A DNA stretch of 64,000 nucleotides from Octopus sinensis (GCF_006345805.1 NC_042998.1:193998001-194062000), one strand, 5' to 3'; shown: positions 24,181 through 37,480, numbered from the stretch's first letter. Translations and numbers: made by a program. The notes: generated by a model from the letters alone, not told the origin.

Positions 24181-25654
24181 TAACTTTGACAAAAGAGCAT
24201 TAAGGGAAACATTTGTACAGTTATCTTTGTTACCTTTAAAATATATACTTATAGTGCTGGCAAAGATAAATAAAAGTAACATTTTTTTTTTCATTGTGAA
24301 AAGGAATATCGGAGGTTATTTCCTTTCTTAGTGTTTTTTTTTGGTGTAAATTACAAGCAACTACAAAGAGTCTCTTGCATGTATTTATTAGACAGTTAAC
24401 CATTCTCCTTATTTGTTTCTTTCCACAGCAAATGAAGAGTTAGGATTATAAATGACTGCGTGAAAGTGGAGTTGGGCCACGAATTACATCAATACATTTA
24501 ACAGAGTGCCTTATGTTTACTTTTGTGCTTGCATATTTGTTTATGCGATTACGTGCATGTGTGTGTTGTATCTGGATTTTCAGAACTAAACGTAGTATTT
24601 GGGAAATAAATGTCATGTTTGTTTTAAAATCGTTTCCTTAGATAAACTAATTTGCTTACAAGAAACTATCATCTCTTTTGTGTAAATCTTGATACTTCAA
24701 AATTTCCTGTGAGACAGAGATTTGCAAATGAATTTGCCACCTTTTCATGTGTGTGGCAAAAAAAAGTACCCTACAAACTGAATTATGCCTTATATGTCAT
24801 TAGCTTATAATAATCTTGTATGTTCACTGAGAATAAGATCTCATAAATTATTGAATCACTGAGTTTTCTTACTACAGAGTTGATGAATGTTTTTTTTTTT
24901 TTTTTTCCTCCTTAATGCTTGTTTAAATATGTTCAATATTTTCGTATCTTAATTACATACGAAGCTTGATAGTGTCACTGGTGGTGAAACTTGCAGTCCA
25001 GATGCCAAGCTCTGCAACCAACCAAACGTTTGCAATTGTTATCAAGCTACTCTTTCACAGAGTGTTTGGCAATCAATTACTAGTTAAAAAGTTAATATTT
25101 GTTTCAAACATATAAAAACATATATATATATATACATAATAATAATCTATATTTTTATTGATTAATCGAAAGTACTTTGGTAGAGATGGAATTATGTGAT
25201 GAAAAAAAATGGGTGGGTTTTTTTTCTTTTATTTTTCAATTTTTTTTTTTGTCATAATGTTATTTAGTCTCCCAGCTTCCCTCTTCTGTGTAAGGCCACT
25301 TCCGTTCTTTATGTTAAATGTTAAAATATCCAGTTCTTCATTTCGCTTTTGTGATGTATAGTTTTGCATTCGAGATGAACATTACATCAACACTAGATGA
25401 ATGTTACCTGTTGTCGTGTGTCTCAGAAATGTAACAGAATAGTAACGTTTTGTGGACTTAAATGTTAACATTCTGTAAAATATTTTAAACCGAAACTATC
25501 ATCATCATCATCATTGTTACTTTTACCTTTTTTTTTTCTTTTTTTTTTGATATTACATTCACATTAGATTTAGAAAATAACTTAGATTGGATCATTGATA
25601 CCGAGCTTCTCCTTCGTGGATATTTGTTATGAAAAAGATAATACAAATCCAGAA

Positions 25655-26050
25655 GAGCGCGGGAGTGGCTGTGTGGTAAGTAGCTTGCTTACCAACCACA
25701 TGGTTCCGGGTTCAGTCCCACTGTGTGGCATCTTGGGCAAGTGTCTTCTGCTATAGCCTCGGGCCGACCAATGCCTTGTGAGTGGATTTGGTAGACGGAA
25801 ACTGAAGGAAGCCTGTTGTATATATGTATATATATATGTATGTTTGTGTGTCAGTGTTTGTCCCCCCACCATCATTTGACAACCAATGCTGGTGTGTTTA
25901 CGTCCCCATCACTTAGCGGTTCGGCAAAAAGAGACCGATAGAATAAGTACTGGGCTTACAAAGAATAAGTCCTGGGGTCGATTTGCTCGACTAAAAGTGG
26001 TGCTCCAGCATGGCCGCAGTCAAATGACTTAAACAAGTAAAAGAGTAAAG
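25655..26050 (+). mobile_element. SINE family A
   Basis: Homologous to 1612-2010 with CpG decay. Confidence 0.9.
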
Positions 26051-26569
26051 TATTGATCTTCTGTAATTAAACAAGTAACTTAGCATTGGATTGACCAAAA
26101 CCTTGTACAGTTGATGGAAACTGTGTGGAAGCCCATCGGAGAGACGGTTCCTGTTCTTAGATGGCACACACTTAATCAGCCATCTAAGATTAAGCGTACC
26201 AATTTTATACCCTCACCTGGCTATTGGGTGACTTAGTTGAATCCATTCCGTTTCATGCATTCAGGCCAGGTTTTCTATCTGAGGATAACATTCTGCCAAC
26301 AGTCTCAGAGACCCTGCAAAAATACATGAGCAATACCCTCCCTCCTCTCAATAAGCCATGTAAAAATACTTTAATGAAACCCTTATATAGTTTTTCATAA
26401 CATCAACATTGTTCTGTACTGAACTCGTTAAACACAATAATTCAAATGATTGATTTTTTTTTTCCTTCCCTCATCCCCATCATTTGGAAAGGATAAACTG
26501 TACAGACTATCATTAGTTGTAATCATGTGATGGTATGAAAAAAATTCCATCAAATTATTTATAAAATCA

Positions 26570-26776
26570 CATATATATATATATACATTCAGTGTGTATG
26601 TGTATATATATATGTATGTATATAAGTATATGCATATATATGAATGTATGTAAATATGCATATATGTATATAAATATGTATATATATATGCATGTATATA
26701 AATATATGCATATATATGTATATAAATATATGCATATATATGTATATAAATATATGCATATATATATGTATATAAA

Positions 26777-26807
<31 letters not shown>

Positions 26808-26975
26808 GTATATAAATATATGTATATAAATATGTGTATATATATATATATATATATGTATAAATATATGTGTGTATATATATGTATATTTGTGTGTGTG
26901 TGTATGTATATATATATATATATATGTTTGTATATAAATACATGTGTATATGTATGTATATATGTAGATATAAAT
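26570..26975. repeat. (TA)-rich microsatellite
   Basis: Direct inspection. Confidence 0.9.
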
Positions 26976-26978
26976 ATA

Positions 26979-28788
26979 CAGTGGTGCCATTTAATTTAAG
27001 AACGCTTGTATACTATTGTTAAAATAGCATTTTTTATACATTCAAGTTGTAAATTGTGAATTAAGATGTATATCAAAATAAAGAAAATTTCACAAACTTT
27101 AATATTGTATACAACTTTACAGCATAACATCAACATATTAATTTAAAATTAAAAATAGAGCTTAATTATCTTAATTTATAGAGCCATTTAATTTAAGAAC
27201 GATTTGTAAAATTTCATTTTTTTGCTTAAAAAAAATTTATTCTGAGATCAACAAAAAATAGTAATAAGCTCACACAATCAGTATTTGTTTGGGTATCCAA
27301 AATTACTTAACACAGCTTTGCATCTGCGAAACATAGAATTGTTCAAAGCATTTATCACTGTTCCTGAGATTTTTTCCCCAATTTTGGCTAATAATGTTAC
27401 AGAAATCATCCTTATTTTTTGGCTTACTACTTTGCACAGCTCTACCCAAGATCACCCCAAATTCTTTCGGGCATATAGAAACATAGTTTTATCCAATATT
27501 TCTAGATAGGAACTTACTATCCATAATGCCCTTGATTTAGATTATAGGACCGATGCCTTTTCCAGATATGCACCCCAACACTATGCTTAATTGTAGGTTG
27601 GATGCATTCTGGATGGTATTCTTTGCCTGTGGAGGCGCAATGGCCCTGTGGTTAGGGCAGCGGACTCACGGTCGTAGGATCGCGGTTTTGATTCCCAGAC
27701 CGGGCATTGTGAGTGTTTATTGAGCGAAAACACCTAAAGCTTCACAAGGCACAGGCAGGAGGTGGTGGTGAACCCTGCTGTACTCTTTCACCACAACTTT
27801 CTCTCACTTTTTCTTCCTGTTTCTGTTGCACCTGTATTTCAAAGGGCCAGCCTTGTCACACTCTGTGTCACGCTGAATCTCCTCGAGAACTATGTTAAGG
27901 GTACACGTGTCTGTGGAATGCTCAGCCACTTGCACGTTAATTCCATGGGCAAGCTGTTCCGTTGATCGTATCAGCTGGGACCCTCATCGTCGTAACCGAT
28001 GGAGTGCTCCTAATAATTCTTTGCCTATATGCTTTCTTACATACTTACTGCCATCACTGCTAAACAAGTTGAGCTTTGACTTGTCCGACAACACATTCGA
28101 CCGATCTGCTGGCTTACTCTTTTGCAAACTGTATTCAGGCATGTTGATTTTTTAAAAGAAATATATGACTTTTTCCAAGAGACTCTTCCTAGAAGTCCAA
28201 ATTCTTTGAAACAGCATTTTATGGTAAGTCCATATTTTTGCTGAATTTCTTCCAAAAATGTCAACAGCAGTCATTTTACATTTTTTAGGGACAGTCTATC
28301 AGTATATCTATCCATTCCTGCCATTGTTTTTCTTGGTTGCCCAGGTTCAGAGTTGTCTTTGCAATCATTAGTTTCTTTATAACAACAGAGAGCAATGTAG
28401 ACAGCTGTTTTAGCTCATCCAACTTCATTTAAAATAGTTTTGTATGACTATTTCAGCCTACTAAGCCTGAACGATCTTCACTCTGGTTTCTGGTGTTAAC
28501 TTTTGTCTCTGACCCATCACAACTATTGACTAACCTAAATATTGTAACAGCACACAAATTACTCTACCTTTATGTTAGTCAATACGGCAAAAAGATCCCC
28601 CAAAATTTGGGAGATCACTCTTCAATTCAGTGGCAAGATAAATTACACAAAATAAAGTTTATTTTTAATTTAATATTTATATGCTGGTTTTGAAAGGCTT
28701 CTTAATTCAGATTTACAACTAGAATATATTTAGAAAATGCCATTTTAATATTTATCTACTAGTGTTCTTAAATTAAAGGGCGCCACTG
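26979..28788 (-). mobile_element. Decayed Tc1 transposon interrupted by a SINE
   Basis: TIRs cagtggtgccatttaatttaagaac / gttcttaaattaaagggcgccactg with TA flanks; minus-strand remnants GLLGRVSWKKSYISFK and NSMFRRCKAVLSNFGYPNKY*. Confidence 0.85.
27631..28010 (+). mobile_element. tRNA-derived SINE family C, full length
   Basis: ggaggcgcaatggccctgtggttagggcagcggactcacggtcgtaggatcgcggttttgattcccagacc head, then body and tail as at 2337-2869. Confidence 0.9.
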
Positions 28789-28852
28789 TAAATTTATATA
28801 TAAATGTGTATATATATATATATTATATATATATATAATATATATATATATA

Positions 28853-28992
28853 TTAGGTTGTCCCAAAAGTTCGTAAACACTTGCGAAAATTGAATTTTTA
28901 CTCGCCAAGTACTAACAAAAACAACAAAAATTATTCCTCAAATAAAGACCATTATTTTCCAAGACTTTCTATGAACTTTTGGGACAACCTTA
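28853..28992. mobile_element. mariner-like MITE (~140 bp)
   Basis: ttaggttgtcccaaaagttcgta / tatgaacttttgggacaacctta, inside (TA)n. Confidence 0.75.
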
Positions 28993-29055
28993 TATATATC
29001 TAAATGTATGAGTATATGTGATATATATGTGTGTGTGTATCTATATATAATATAT

Positions 29056-29094
<39 letters not shown>

Positions 29095-29763
29095 ACTAAT
29101 ATAGGATGAAGATTTTTTTACAGAAAAAAATTTCATCAAAAGAGTGGCTGTATATTAAAATATCTTTAAAGGTTAAAATTATAAACAAGGGCAAAAGAAA
29201 ATTATTTCAATGCCAATATGCTGATAACAGACTTTTAAAATGTCAATTTCCACATATTATTATATACCCACTACAGAAATATGTTGTGCTGAAATCGGGG
29301 AAAGCTAGCCAACAGAGGTTTTAAAAAAACTTCGTTATTTCTATATTGAATCAATTTTGGAATTAATCTCATAATAGATTTTTTCCTCGTCAGTAGAAAA
29401 TACGAAAAGAGATAAATGAAATACTTACAAGCGCCCATGGAAAAAAGCCGAAGCAAAAGTCATGAGTACACATAAGTACCCTAGATATATCTTAATATAA
29501 AATCCTTTGGTTAGCCTCAGCAGACATGTGAACTGTTCTCCACCACAGCTTATAGTGGTTACCTGTCCCTATAGCAAATAGTTATAAATCTACTACTAAT
29601 ATAGGATGAAGTTTTTTTACAGAAAAATATTTTATCCCAAAAAGTGGCAGCATATTAAAAATACCTTTAAAGGTTAAAATTATAAACAAGGGCAAAAGAA
29701 AATTATTTCTATGCCAATATGCTGATAACAGACTTTTAAATCGTCAATTTCTACATATTATAT

Positions 29764-29795
<32 letters not shown>

Positions 29796-29804
29796 ATATA
29801 TACA

Positions 29805-30178
29805 GGCGCAGGAGTGGCTGTGTGGTAAGTAGCTTGCTAACCAACCACATGGTTCCGGTTCAGTCCCACTGAGTGGCATCTTGGGCAAGTGTCTTCTGCT
29901 ATAGCCCCAGGCCGACCAATGCCTTGTGAGTGGATTTGGTAGACGGAAACTGAAAGAAGCCTGTCGTATATATGTATTTATATATATATGTGTGTGTTTG
30001 TGTATCTGTGTTTGTCCCCCTAGCATTGCTTGACAACCGATGCTGGTGTGCTTACATCCCCGTCACTTAGCAGTTCGGCAAAAGAGACCGATAGAATAAG
30101 TCCCGGGGGCGATTTGCTCGACTAAAGGCGGTGCTTCAGCATGGCTGCAGTCAAATGACTGAAACAAGTAAAAGAGTA
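29805..30178 (+). mobile_element. SINE family A
   Basis: ggcgcaggagtggctgtgtgg through gaaacaagtaaaagag. Confidence 0.9.
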
Positions 30179-30619
30179 TACATATCGGTAAATAAAATAA
30201 GTGACAATTATTCGGTAGCCATGATAAAACTACCAAATGGCTATATATAAAATAATTGTCACATATTATATTTACAGATAAATTCCTCTATTTAAACAAT
30301 ATCAAGGTCTCATTCATTCTTTTGTTGTCTTGCCATTTCTTTCAATATATATATATGTCTCTCTCTCTCTCTTACCTCAGTATATATGGTCCTAGTTATA
30401 AGGTATACGGTAGTGGGTAATTTAAAGGTAAACCATAGTTTAATGAGAAAATGGAGATAAAAACAACAATGAGAATTGGATCTTTGGTGTCCCATCTTAA
30501 TTAATACACCAAAAATCCACTTCTCATTGTTTATTTCTCCAATTTTCTTATCATCTATATATATATATATACATACATCATGATCATCGTTTAACATCCG
30601 TTGAACGATGATGATGATT

Positions 30620-31325
30620 GATATACATGTAAATACATATATAATTTATATATATATGTGCATACTTATACATATATATGTATATATAATATATATATAT
30701 ATAATGTAGGTATATATGAATATATGTATTATATATATAATTATATATATATAGGTATAGATACATATATGTATATATAAATAGATATATGTATATATAT
30801 ATATATATGTATATATAGATACATATATGTATATATAAATAGATATATGTATATATATATATATTATATATATATATATATGTATATATAAATAGATATA
30901 TGTATATATAGATATATATATATATAATATATAGGTATAGATACATATATGTATATATAAATAGATATATGTATATATATTATATATATATGTATATATA
31001 GATACATATATGTATATATAAATAGATATATGTATATATATATATATATATATAGGTATAGATACATATATGTATATATAAATAGATATATGTATATATA
31101 TTATATATATATATATAGATACATATATGTATATATAATAGATATATGTATGTATATATATATATATATGTATGTATAGATACATATATGTATCTATAGA
31201 TACATATATATATGTATATATATATATATATATTATATTATATATATATATGTATGTATAGATACATATATGTATCTATAGATACATATATATATGTGTA
31301 TATATATATCCATCCACACACACAC
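30620..31325. repeat. (TA)-rich array with higher-order ~50-60 bp units
   Basis: Recurrent tatagatacatatatgtatatataaatagatatatg. Confidence 0.85.
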
Positions 31326-31330
31326 ATATA

Positions 31331-32495
31331 CAGGGGTTGGACAAAATAATGGAAATAACTTAAAATTTCAAACAAATTTATTTTAATATGAGGTAGGACT
31401 ACCTTTGGCAGTAATTACAGCTTGAATTCTACGAGGTATGAACCCGCACAAAGTTTGAATTATTTCCAAAAGAATTTTTGTTCATTCTTCAGCTAAAACA
31501 GTCTCTAGTTCTTGTAGTGATGATGGTGGGGGATATCTACTCCTTACTTGTTTTCTAAAATACATCATAAATGTTTTATAATATAGGGATCTGGGGACAG
31601 TGGTGGCCAGATAAGATGTTCTACTTCACTTGAATGTTCCTTTAGCTGTGTGAATTGGTGCATTATCACCATGAAAGATTCCATTTCCCCCCCGGAAACA
31701 GTTCCACAACCATAGGATGAATTTGATCAGATAAAATACTTAAATAGACTTGACTATTAATTCTGCTATGAAGGGAAACCATTGGGCCAGTGAATTTCCA
31801 AAATATAGTCCCCAGATCATCACAGAACCTCCTTCATGTTTGACAGTTGGAAGAAGGAGTCTGGGTCAAATGCTTCTTTGTGCTGTCTCCATACGTATAC
31901 TTGGCCAGTGCGTGGAAGTAAGGTAACGGATGACTTGTCCTAGAAAATAACATTCTTCCACTGCTCTAGAACCAATTTTGTAGGTTTTTACTCTACTCTA
32001 AACACTTTGCAACATTTGTTTTTGAAAGTAGTGGTTTTCTGATTGCAGCCTTCTTGTCCAGTCCAACTTTGCAGCTCCCTGTAAATAGTTTTTGTGGAAA
32101 CTGGGTTCTCGAGGTGGTCATTAAGCTCTGTAGTAATTTTGGGAGCTGTACTTTTGTGGTCCTTTCTAACAGTTCATGTAAGAGCCTGACAGTCCCTATC
32201 TGAAAGTTTTGGTTTTCTTCTGGAGTTTTGTTTCAACAAGGAGGTTTTTCCCTCTTTCTCAATGGGTGTCATTACTTTCGAGACAGTACTTCTTGATACA
32301 CCAAACATTTTGGCTGTTTTTGTTACTTTAGCGCCTGAAACACACACACAAAAAAAAAAAGAGACAGCAATTTTAACAAAACAGATTAAGCAACAGTAAT
32401 AATAAATCAAAACAGAAAAATAAACAATCTTTTGACAGTTTTATAGATAATTTCAATATTATGATGCTAGGTGTTTCCATTATTTTCTCCAACCC

Positions 32496-32498
<3 letters not shown>
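31331..32498 (-). mobile_element. Tc1 transposon with pseudogenised transposase
   Basis: TIRs caggggttggacaaaataatggaaa / tttccattattttctccaacccctg, TA TSD; remnants MFGVSRSTVSKVM..RKPKLSDRD, TVKHEGGSVMIWG, WPPLSPD. Confidence 0.9.
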
Positions 32499-32529
<31 letters not shown>

Positions 32530-32595
32530 CATTTTTGGATTTGGTTTGCAAGATTCTTTATATGAGTTCATGTGTTGAAGCATATTCTGTTGTGT

Positions 32596-32816
32596 CTGGG
32601 GAGAGTCATTTTCTTTTTGTGCCGTATAATGTAACACACTCACTGGTAAAATTTTCGTTGCGTCTTGCAACCTTTTTAATAGTTTTGACTCAAAACAAAA
32701 GGAAAGGTTGCAAGACGCAACGAAAATTTTAGGAAATTAAAAATAAGAAAAAAGTGGAAATTTTACTGGTGAGTGTGTTACATTATAAGGCACAAAAAGA
32801 AAATGACTCTCCCCAG
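32596..32816. mobile_element. Unclassified nested inverted-repeat (MITE-like) element
   Basis: ~48-bp outer IR ctggggagagtc..cactcac (one mismatch) plus ~28-bp inner IR; no TSD seen. Confidence 0.6.
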
Positions 32817-33545
32817 TCATAATGTAAGTGCTGGGTCAGGCAGCTCCTATCTGGTCGAAAGCCATGCTAGGTATCACTCAGCAAGTTATTTTCTTCAAGG
32901 AACGCGATTAGTTTCCCTCTGACTATCCATTCCATGACTTTGCTGATGTGTGAAGTCAGTGAGATAGGCCTATAGTTTTGGGCATCTGCTCTACTTCCCC
33001 CTTTATATATAGGGCATATTCCCTCCTTCAGCTTGCTTGGCAGTTTGCCATTTGCAAGAAAGCTCTGGAAGAGAATTTGGAGGGGTTTTGTCAGCGCATG
33101 TTTACACGATTTGAGGAGGATTGCTAGGAAACCATCAGGACCAGCAGTTGAATTTGTGTCCACTTCATCTATGACTAGCAGTATATCTTCTTTGCTAATG
33201 TCAATGTATTCCATTGTAACTGCCTCGCTGGTTATAGGTGAGGCAGCAAAGAAGTCCACTGGTTCATTCACTTGTCTGTGTTCCAATAGGGTGGTAAAGA
33301 CACTTTTGAACTGGTCATTCAGTATCTCACTGATCTTAGTTGGACTGTCTGTGAGGGAGCCATCCTTTTGGAGGAGGGGTCTATCTTGTAGTGTACTGAG
33401 GCTGTTTCTTTCGCGTAATGAAAGAAGGCCTTTGGGTTTGACTTAATGTTTTTTTATAACCCAAGCTTCTTTATCTGCTTTCTCCCTCATATAGGATTGT
33501 TGCAGCCTTTTTACAATCTCCATCAGTGTTGTTTTTAGGCTGGAC
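32817..33545 (-). mobile_element. CR1-group LINE fragment (RT N-terminal region)
   Basis: STAGPDGFLAILLK..PIYKGGSRADAQNYRPISLTSHISKVME..HGFRPDRSCL. Confidence 0.9.
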
Positions 33546-33580
33546 CTTACATATATGTATACACACACATACATACATAC

Positions 33581-33629
<49 letters not shown>

Positions 33630-33639
33630 ATATATATAT

Positions 33640-33845
33640 ACACACATCGCTCAACCATCACTTGACAACTGATGTTGGTGTGTTTATGTTCCTGAGGCTT
33701 AGCAGTTCAGCAAAAGAGACCAGAAGAATAAGTACTAAGCTTAGAAAGAATGAGTCTTGGGGTCATTTTCTTTGACTAAAACTCTTTTAGGCAGTGCTCC
33801 AGCATGGCCAAAGTCAAATGACTAAAATAAGTCAAACAATAAGAG
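33640..33845 (+). mobile_element. SINE family A 3' half, strongly CpG-decayed
   Basis: cttgacaactgatgttggtgtg..cagcatggccaaagtcaaatgact. Confidence 0.8.
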
Positions 33846-33849
33846 AATA

Positions 33850-33890
<41 letters not shown>

Positions 33891-33929
33891 ACACAGAAAG
33901 AGAGAGGGATAAAACTGACTTTGAAGTGG

Positions 33930-34430
33930 ATGCATGGCGTTCAGTCATATAATAATGTAAATAATATATATATAGTATGTATTGCATACATATAAATATA
34001 TACTTTTATATATATATATGTGAATATTTCTATATATGTATATATAATATATGTATGTATAATATATATATAAATATGTGTATATATGTGGTTATATTTA
34101 CATATATCTGTATATGTGTGTATGTATGGTATATACATGTGTGTGTTTGTATATATATGTGCGTGAATATATATATATGTCTGTATATGTGTATATATGT
34201 GTGTATATGTATATATGTGTGTATATGTGTATGTATATGTATATTTGTGTGTATATACATGTGTATATGCATATGTGTATGTATATATGTGTATATGCAC
34301 ATATATGTATAGACATGTATATGTGTATATATATATATATATGTGCGTGTATCTAAGTATTTATATACATGTATATGTATGTATGCATATATATGTGCAT
34401 GTGTGTGTATATATATATATAGTAGATAGA
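33930..34430. repeat. (TA)/(TG) microsatellite
   Basis: Direct inspection. Confidence 0.9.
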
Positions 34431-34849
34431 TATATAATACCTATGTATATAAGGAAAATATGTAGATAATATTTCAATGTTTTTGAGAAAAATTCTAGAT
34501 ATTGAAAATGACACTGAAGATTGCCAACATGATATCATTAGAAATGGTTACTAGTATAAAACAACCTTTATGCTCTCTATTTACTCCGCTGTGTCTACAA
34601 TATGGGAAATACTTATATATAAACAGCAGTCTGTATACATTGTTACATTTCTATATCACTCAGTATTTCACATTTCTCAGTTTTATTTTCTATTTTATTT
34701 TTTTTTTGACATCTTCATTATCACAATAAAACTTTGTTTCAAACTTATGATAATTTAATATCAGTGTTTTTATTTGTAATTTGTTTTTGTAATTTTTTTT
34801 CCTTTGTCAATGTACTGGAAACATTGGATTTTTATATCTGTTATTGGTT

Positions 34850-35590
34850 ACTTTATTTACGTTTGATGTATATTTGTCCTCATCTTGTTTGTTGTTAACA
34901 CAACATTTCGACTGATATACTCTCCAGCCTTCATCAGGTGTCTTGGGGAAATTTCGAACCTGGCTCCTCATTTCTAAAGTATTTTTTGTTGATATTATTA
35001 GTCAGGTCTCTGCCTGGAAACAAACTCAAAATCTTGGGGTTAGTAGCCTGTGCCCTTAACCACTACGCCATATGCCCGCGGGCAATTATGGAGTGAATTT
35101 TAGGACTTATAATTCTAACATTTTCCTATCCTTCCTTAATACTGGTTCCCATATGCTACTCATATCTGCACTCGGTCTGTTTAGGGGGTTGTTGTGTCCT
35201 AACATGTGTGCTGCTTCTTTTAGTTTTCGTATTTTCCATTTATCATTTTAACTTCATCCCATAGGGGGAGGTGGTCTCCATTTTTCCATACATGATCAGC
35301 TATACTTGATTTATCAATATCTCCTCGTGTCACAGCTTTGCGATGTTTGTCTATCAAAATTTCGAGGGGGCAGCATGTTTCGCCTTTGTATAACCTACCA
35401 CAGCTGCATGGGATGGAGTACACACAGTCTTGGGTCATATTCTCTTCTATTGGTGGTTTTACTCAAAGGAGATATTTGTGAAGTGTTGTAATACTTTTGA
35501 ATACTGTCCTGATGTCATATGGGACACATATTTTTTGTATCTTTTCGGAGAGGCCTTTCACATAGGGTGAACAGACTTATCGCATCTTGA
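34850..35590 (-). mobile_element. Penelope-like element 3' part (GIY-YIG) with tRNA-like module and hammerhead motif
   Basis: PYVKGLSEKIQKIC..CVYSIPCSCGRLYKGET..SSIADHVW; then tggcgtagtgg (A box-like) and CTGATGA..GAAA. Confidence 0.85.
34897..34942 (-). ncRNA. Minimal type I hammerhead ribozyme motif (slightly decayed)
   Basis: acac CTGATGA a ggctg[gagagtatat]cagtc GAA ATGT T gtgt: stems I and II pair; stem III is near-palindromic. Confidence 0.65.
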
Positions 35591-35619
35591 CTCACCATCT
35601 GGTTGGATTCAATGGGGGA

Positions 35620-36200
35620 TATCCTTGATCAATTTTGGACATATGGTATCTGATTTAAAGGAACTAATGAATAAGGTGTTTTCTAACCGGAGGAATCAGT
35701 TTACAGACCACAACTGGCTGAAAACCTGTGCCATTTTAGCTCTAAAAAATGTGGCAGTTGATGATTTGAACTTTAAACTTCTGGAACAGTTGCTAGGTGA
35801 GCGTCACATGTATAATTCCATTGACACTGTACTCAACGTTGATGAAGCTGTGAATTATCCAGTTGAATTCTTGAATAGTCTAACACCACCTGGCCTCTCA
35901 CCTCACAACTTGCACCTCAAGTTTGGGGCACCGGTTATGCCGCTTCAAAACCTCGATGCACCAAAGCTTTGCAATGGCACACAACTTATAATATAGATGG
36001 TGATGTCAATAGTCTAGGAGACAACAATTTTGACTGGTAAAGCAAGCAGTGAGCCTGTATTCATTCCTAGAATTCCACTTATTCCTTCAGATATGCCTTT
36101 CCAGTACAAGCACCTGCAATTCCTGTTGAAACTGAGCTTTGCAATGAGCTTTAACAAGGCCCAGGAGCAGTCCTTGAACATGGTAGTGGCTTTTCATCCA
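35620..36200 (+). mobile_element. Helitron PIF1-like helicase fragment (pseudogene)
   Basis: AILALKNVAVDDLN..NYPVEFLNSLTPPGLSPHNLHLKFGAP..KLCNGTQL; FIPRIPLIPSDMPF..FAMSFNKAQEQSL. Confidence 0.9.
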
Positions 36201-36705
36201 TCTTTATATTCCAAGTTCAAAATCTGCTGAAGCTGACTTGGCTCTATTTCAAGATTAACTGCCGCCATCAGCACTCTCCACCAAATGTAAGGACTTGTAC
36301 CTTTGTGAAAATCACTGTTTCTGGAAATGATTCTAATAAATCTACTGTTGGCTTGCTTTGATCCAGGCAGAGAATGTCCACTGATACCAATGTATTAAAG
36401 GTACTACTAGGGAACTAGAGTTTTGTGCTGAGAAGCTTATTTCCTAGATGTAAAAGAAACATAAATTAGTATCATACTTATGGATGGAGTATCATAAATT
36501 AGTATAACTCACCAAGACTGCCTAGACTTTGCTATACAATTTTTTTTAGTATAAGTTCTCGTCATATGAGGAAGTCAATTCAATATTTCTTTCTTGCAAG
36601 TTTCCTACCTGACAACAATAGAAGAAATACGAGATTATAATTTTTCTCACCGCTGACCTCATTTTTATAGGTGAGCTATTTAGAAATATTTACTAATATA
36701 ATATA

Positions 36706-37072
36706 GGCGTAGGAATGGCTGTGTGGTAAGTAGCTTGCTTACCAACCACATGGTTCTGGGTTCAGTTCCACTGTGTGGCACCTGGGGCAAGTGTCTTCTA
36801 CTATAGCCTCGGGCCGACCAAAGCCTTGTGAGTGGATTTGGCAGGCAGAAACTGAAAGAAGCCTGTTGTATATATGTATATATATATGTATGTGTGTGTA
36901 TATGTTTGTGTATCTGTGTTTGTCCCCCCAACATCGCTTGACAACCGATGATGGTGTGTTTACGCCCCCATAACTTAGCGGTTCAGCACAAGAGACTGAT
37001 AGAATAAGTACTAGGCTTACAAAAAATAAGTCCAGCATGGCCACAGTCAAATGACTGAAACAAGTAAAATAG
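36706..37072 (+). mobile_element. SINE family A
   Basis: Homologous to the other copies; small 3' deletion. Confidence 0.9.
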
Positions 37073-37179
37073 TAATACTACATTCTGATTGACTTCATTT
37101 TTGACCCTTATGAGCTGCTGTATTTCTGGATGTGTACAAAGTACTGTACTGGATTAGAACTAGAAATATTTATTTCTAA

Positions 37180-37480
37180 ACTTAGAGAACATAACATCTC
37201 CTATTACTCTGAGTCTAGAAGTATTCTACAGGTTTGGCATTCAGGGGAGGGTAATGCAGTGTTTGGGAGAAGAAATAGTAGATAGATTAAGTGAGCCTAG
37301 TTTAAAAGGGTAGAGGCCATAGTTGTAGCTGTGGAAGAGAGAGGGAGAAGAGACAGCACATGGATGAGAGAAGCTTTGCCAATCAGTCAGTTGAATTACG
37401 TTCTTTTGGATGGAGTCTAGGATGATAGTATGTATTATCTGCTCCACCCTACATATCTAAGCAGCTTTTAAACGCTGGTC
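37180..37480 (-). mobile_element. Possible ancient L2/CR1-group LINE remnant
   Basis: HPCAVSSPSLFHSYNYG resembles the HRRxVSSLSLFYRYYxG motif; weak. Confidence 0.35.

Noticed and set aside
26156-26193. Short hairpin cttagatggc/gccatctaag
   Set aside because: 10-bp arms; could be chance or a micro template switch.
26217-26313. Minus-strand segment with good acceptor (tttttgcag) and donor (gtgagg), SLRLLAECYPQIENL
   Set aside because: Stops in all three frames; at most a non-coding or pseudo-exon, unresolved without RNA data.
26428-26999. Ile/Tyr/His/Cys-rich ORFs here and at 21, 30.6, 34, 54 and 57 kb
   Set aside because: Translations of (TA)/(TG)/(CA) microsatellites.
27631-27705. tRNA genes at SINE heads (also 1612, 12816, 35077, 45678)
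   Set aside because: No intact cloverleaf; each continues into a repeat body.
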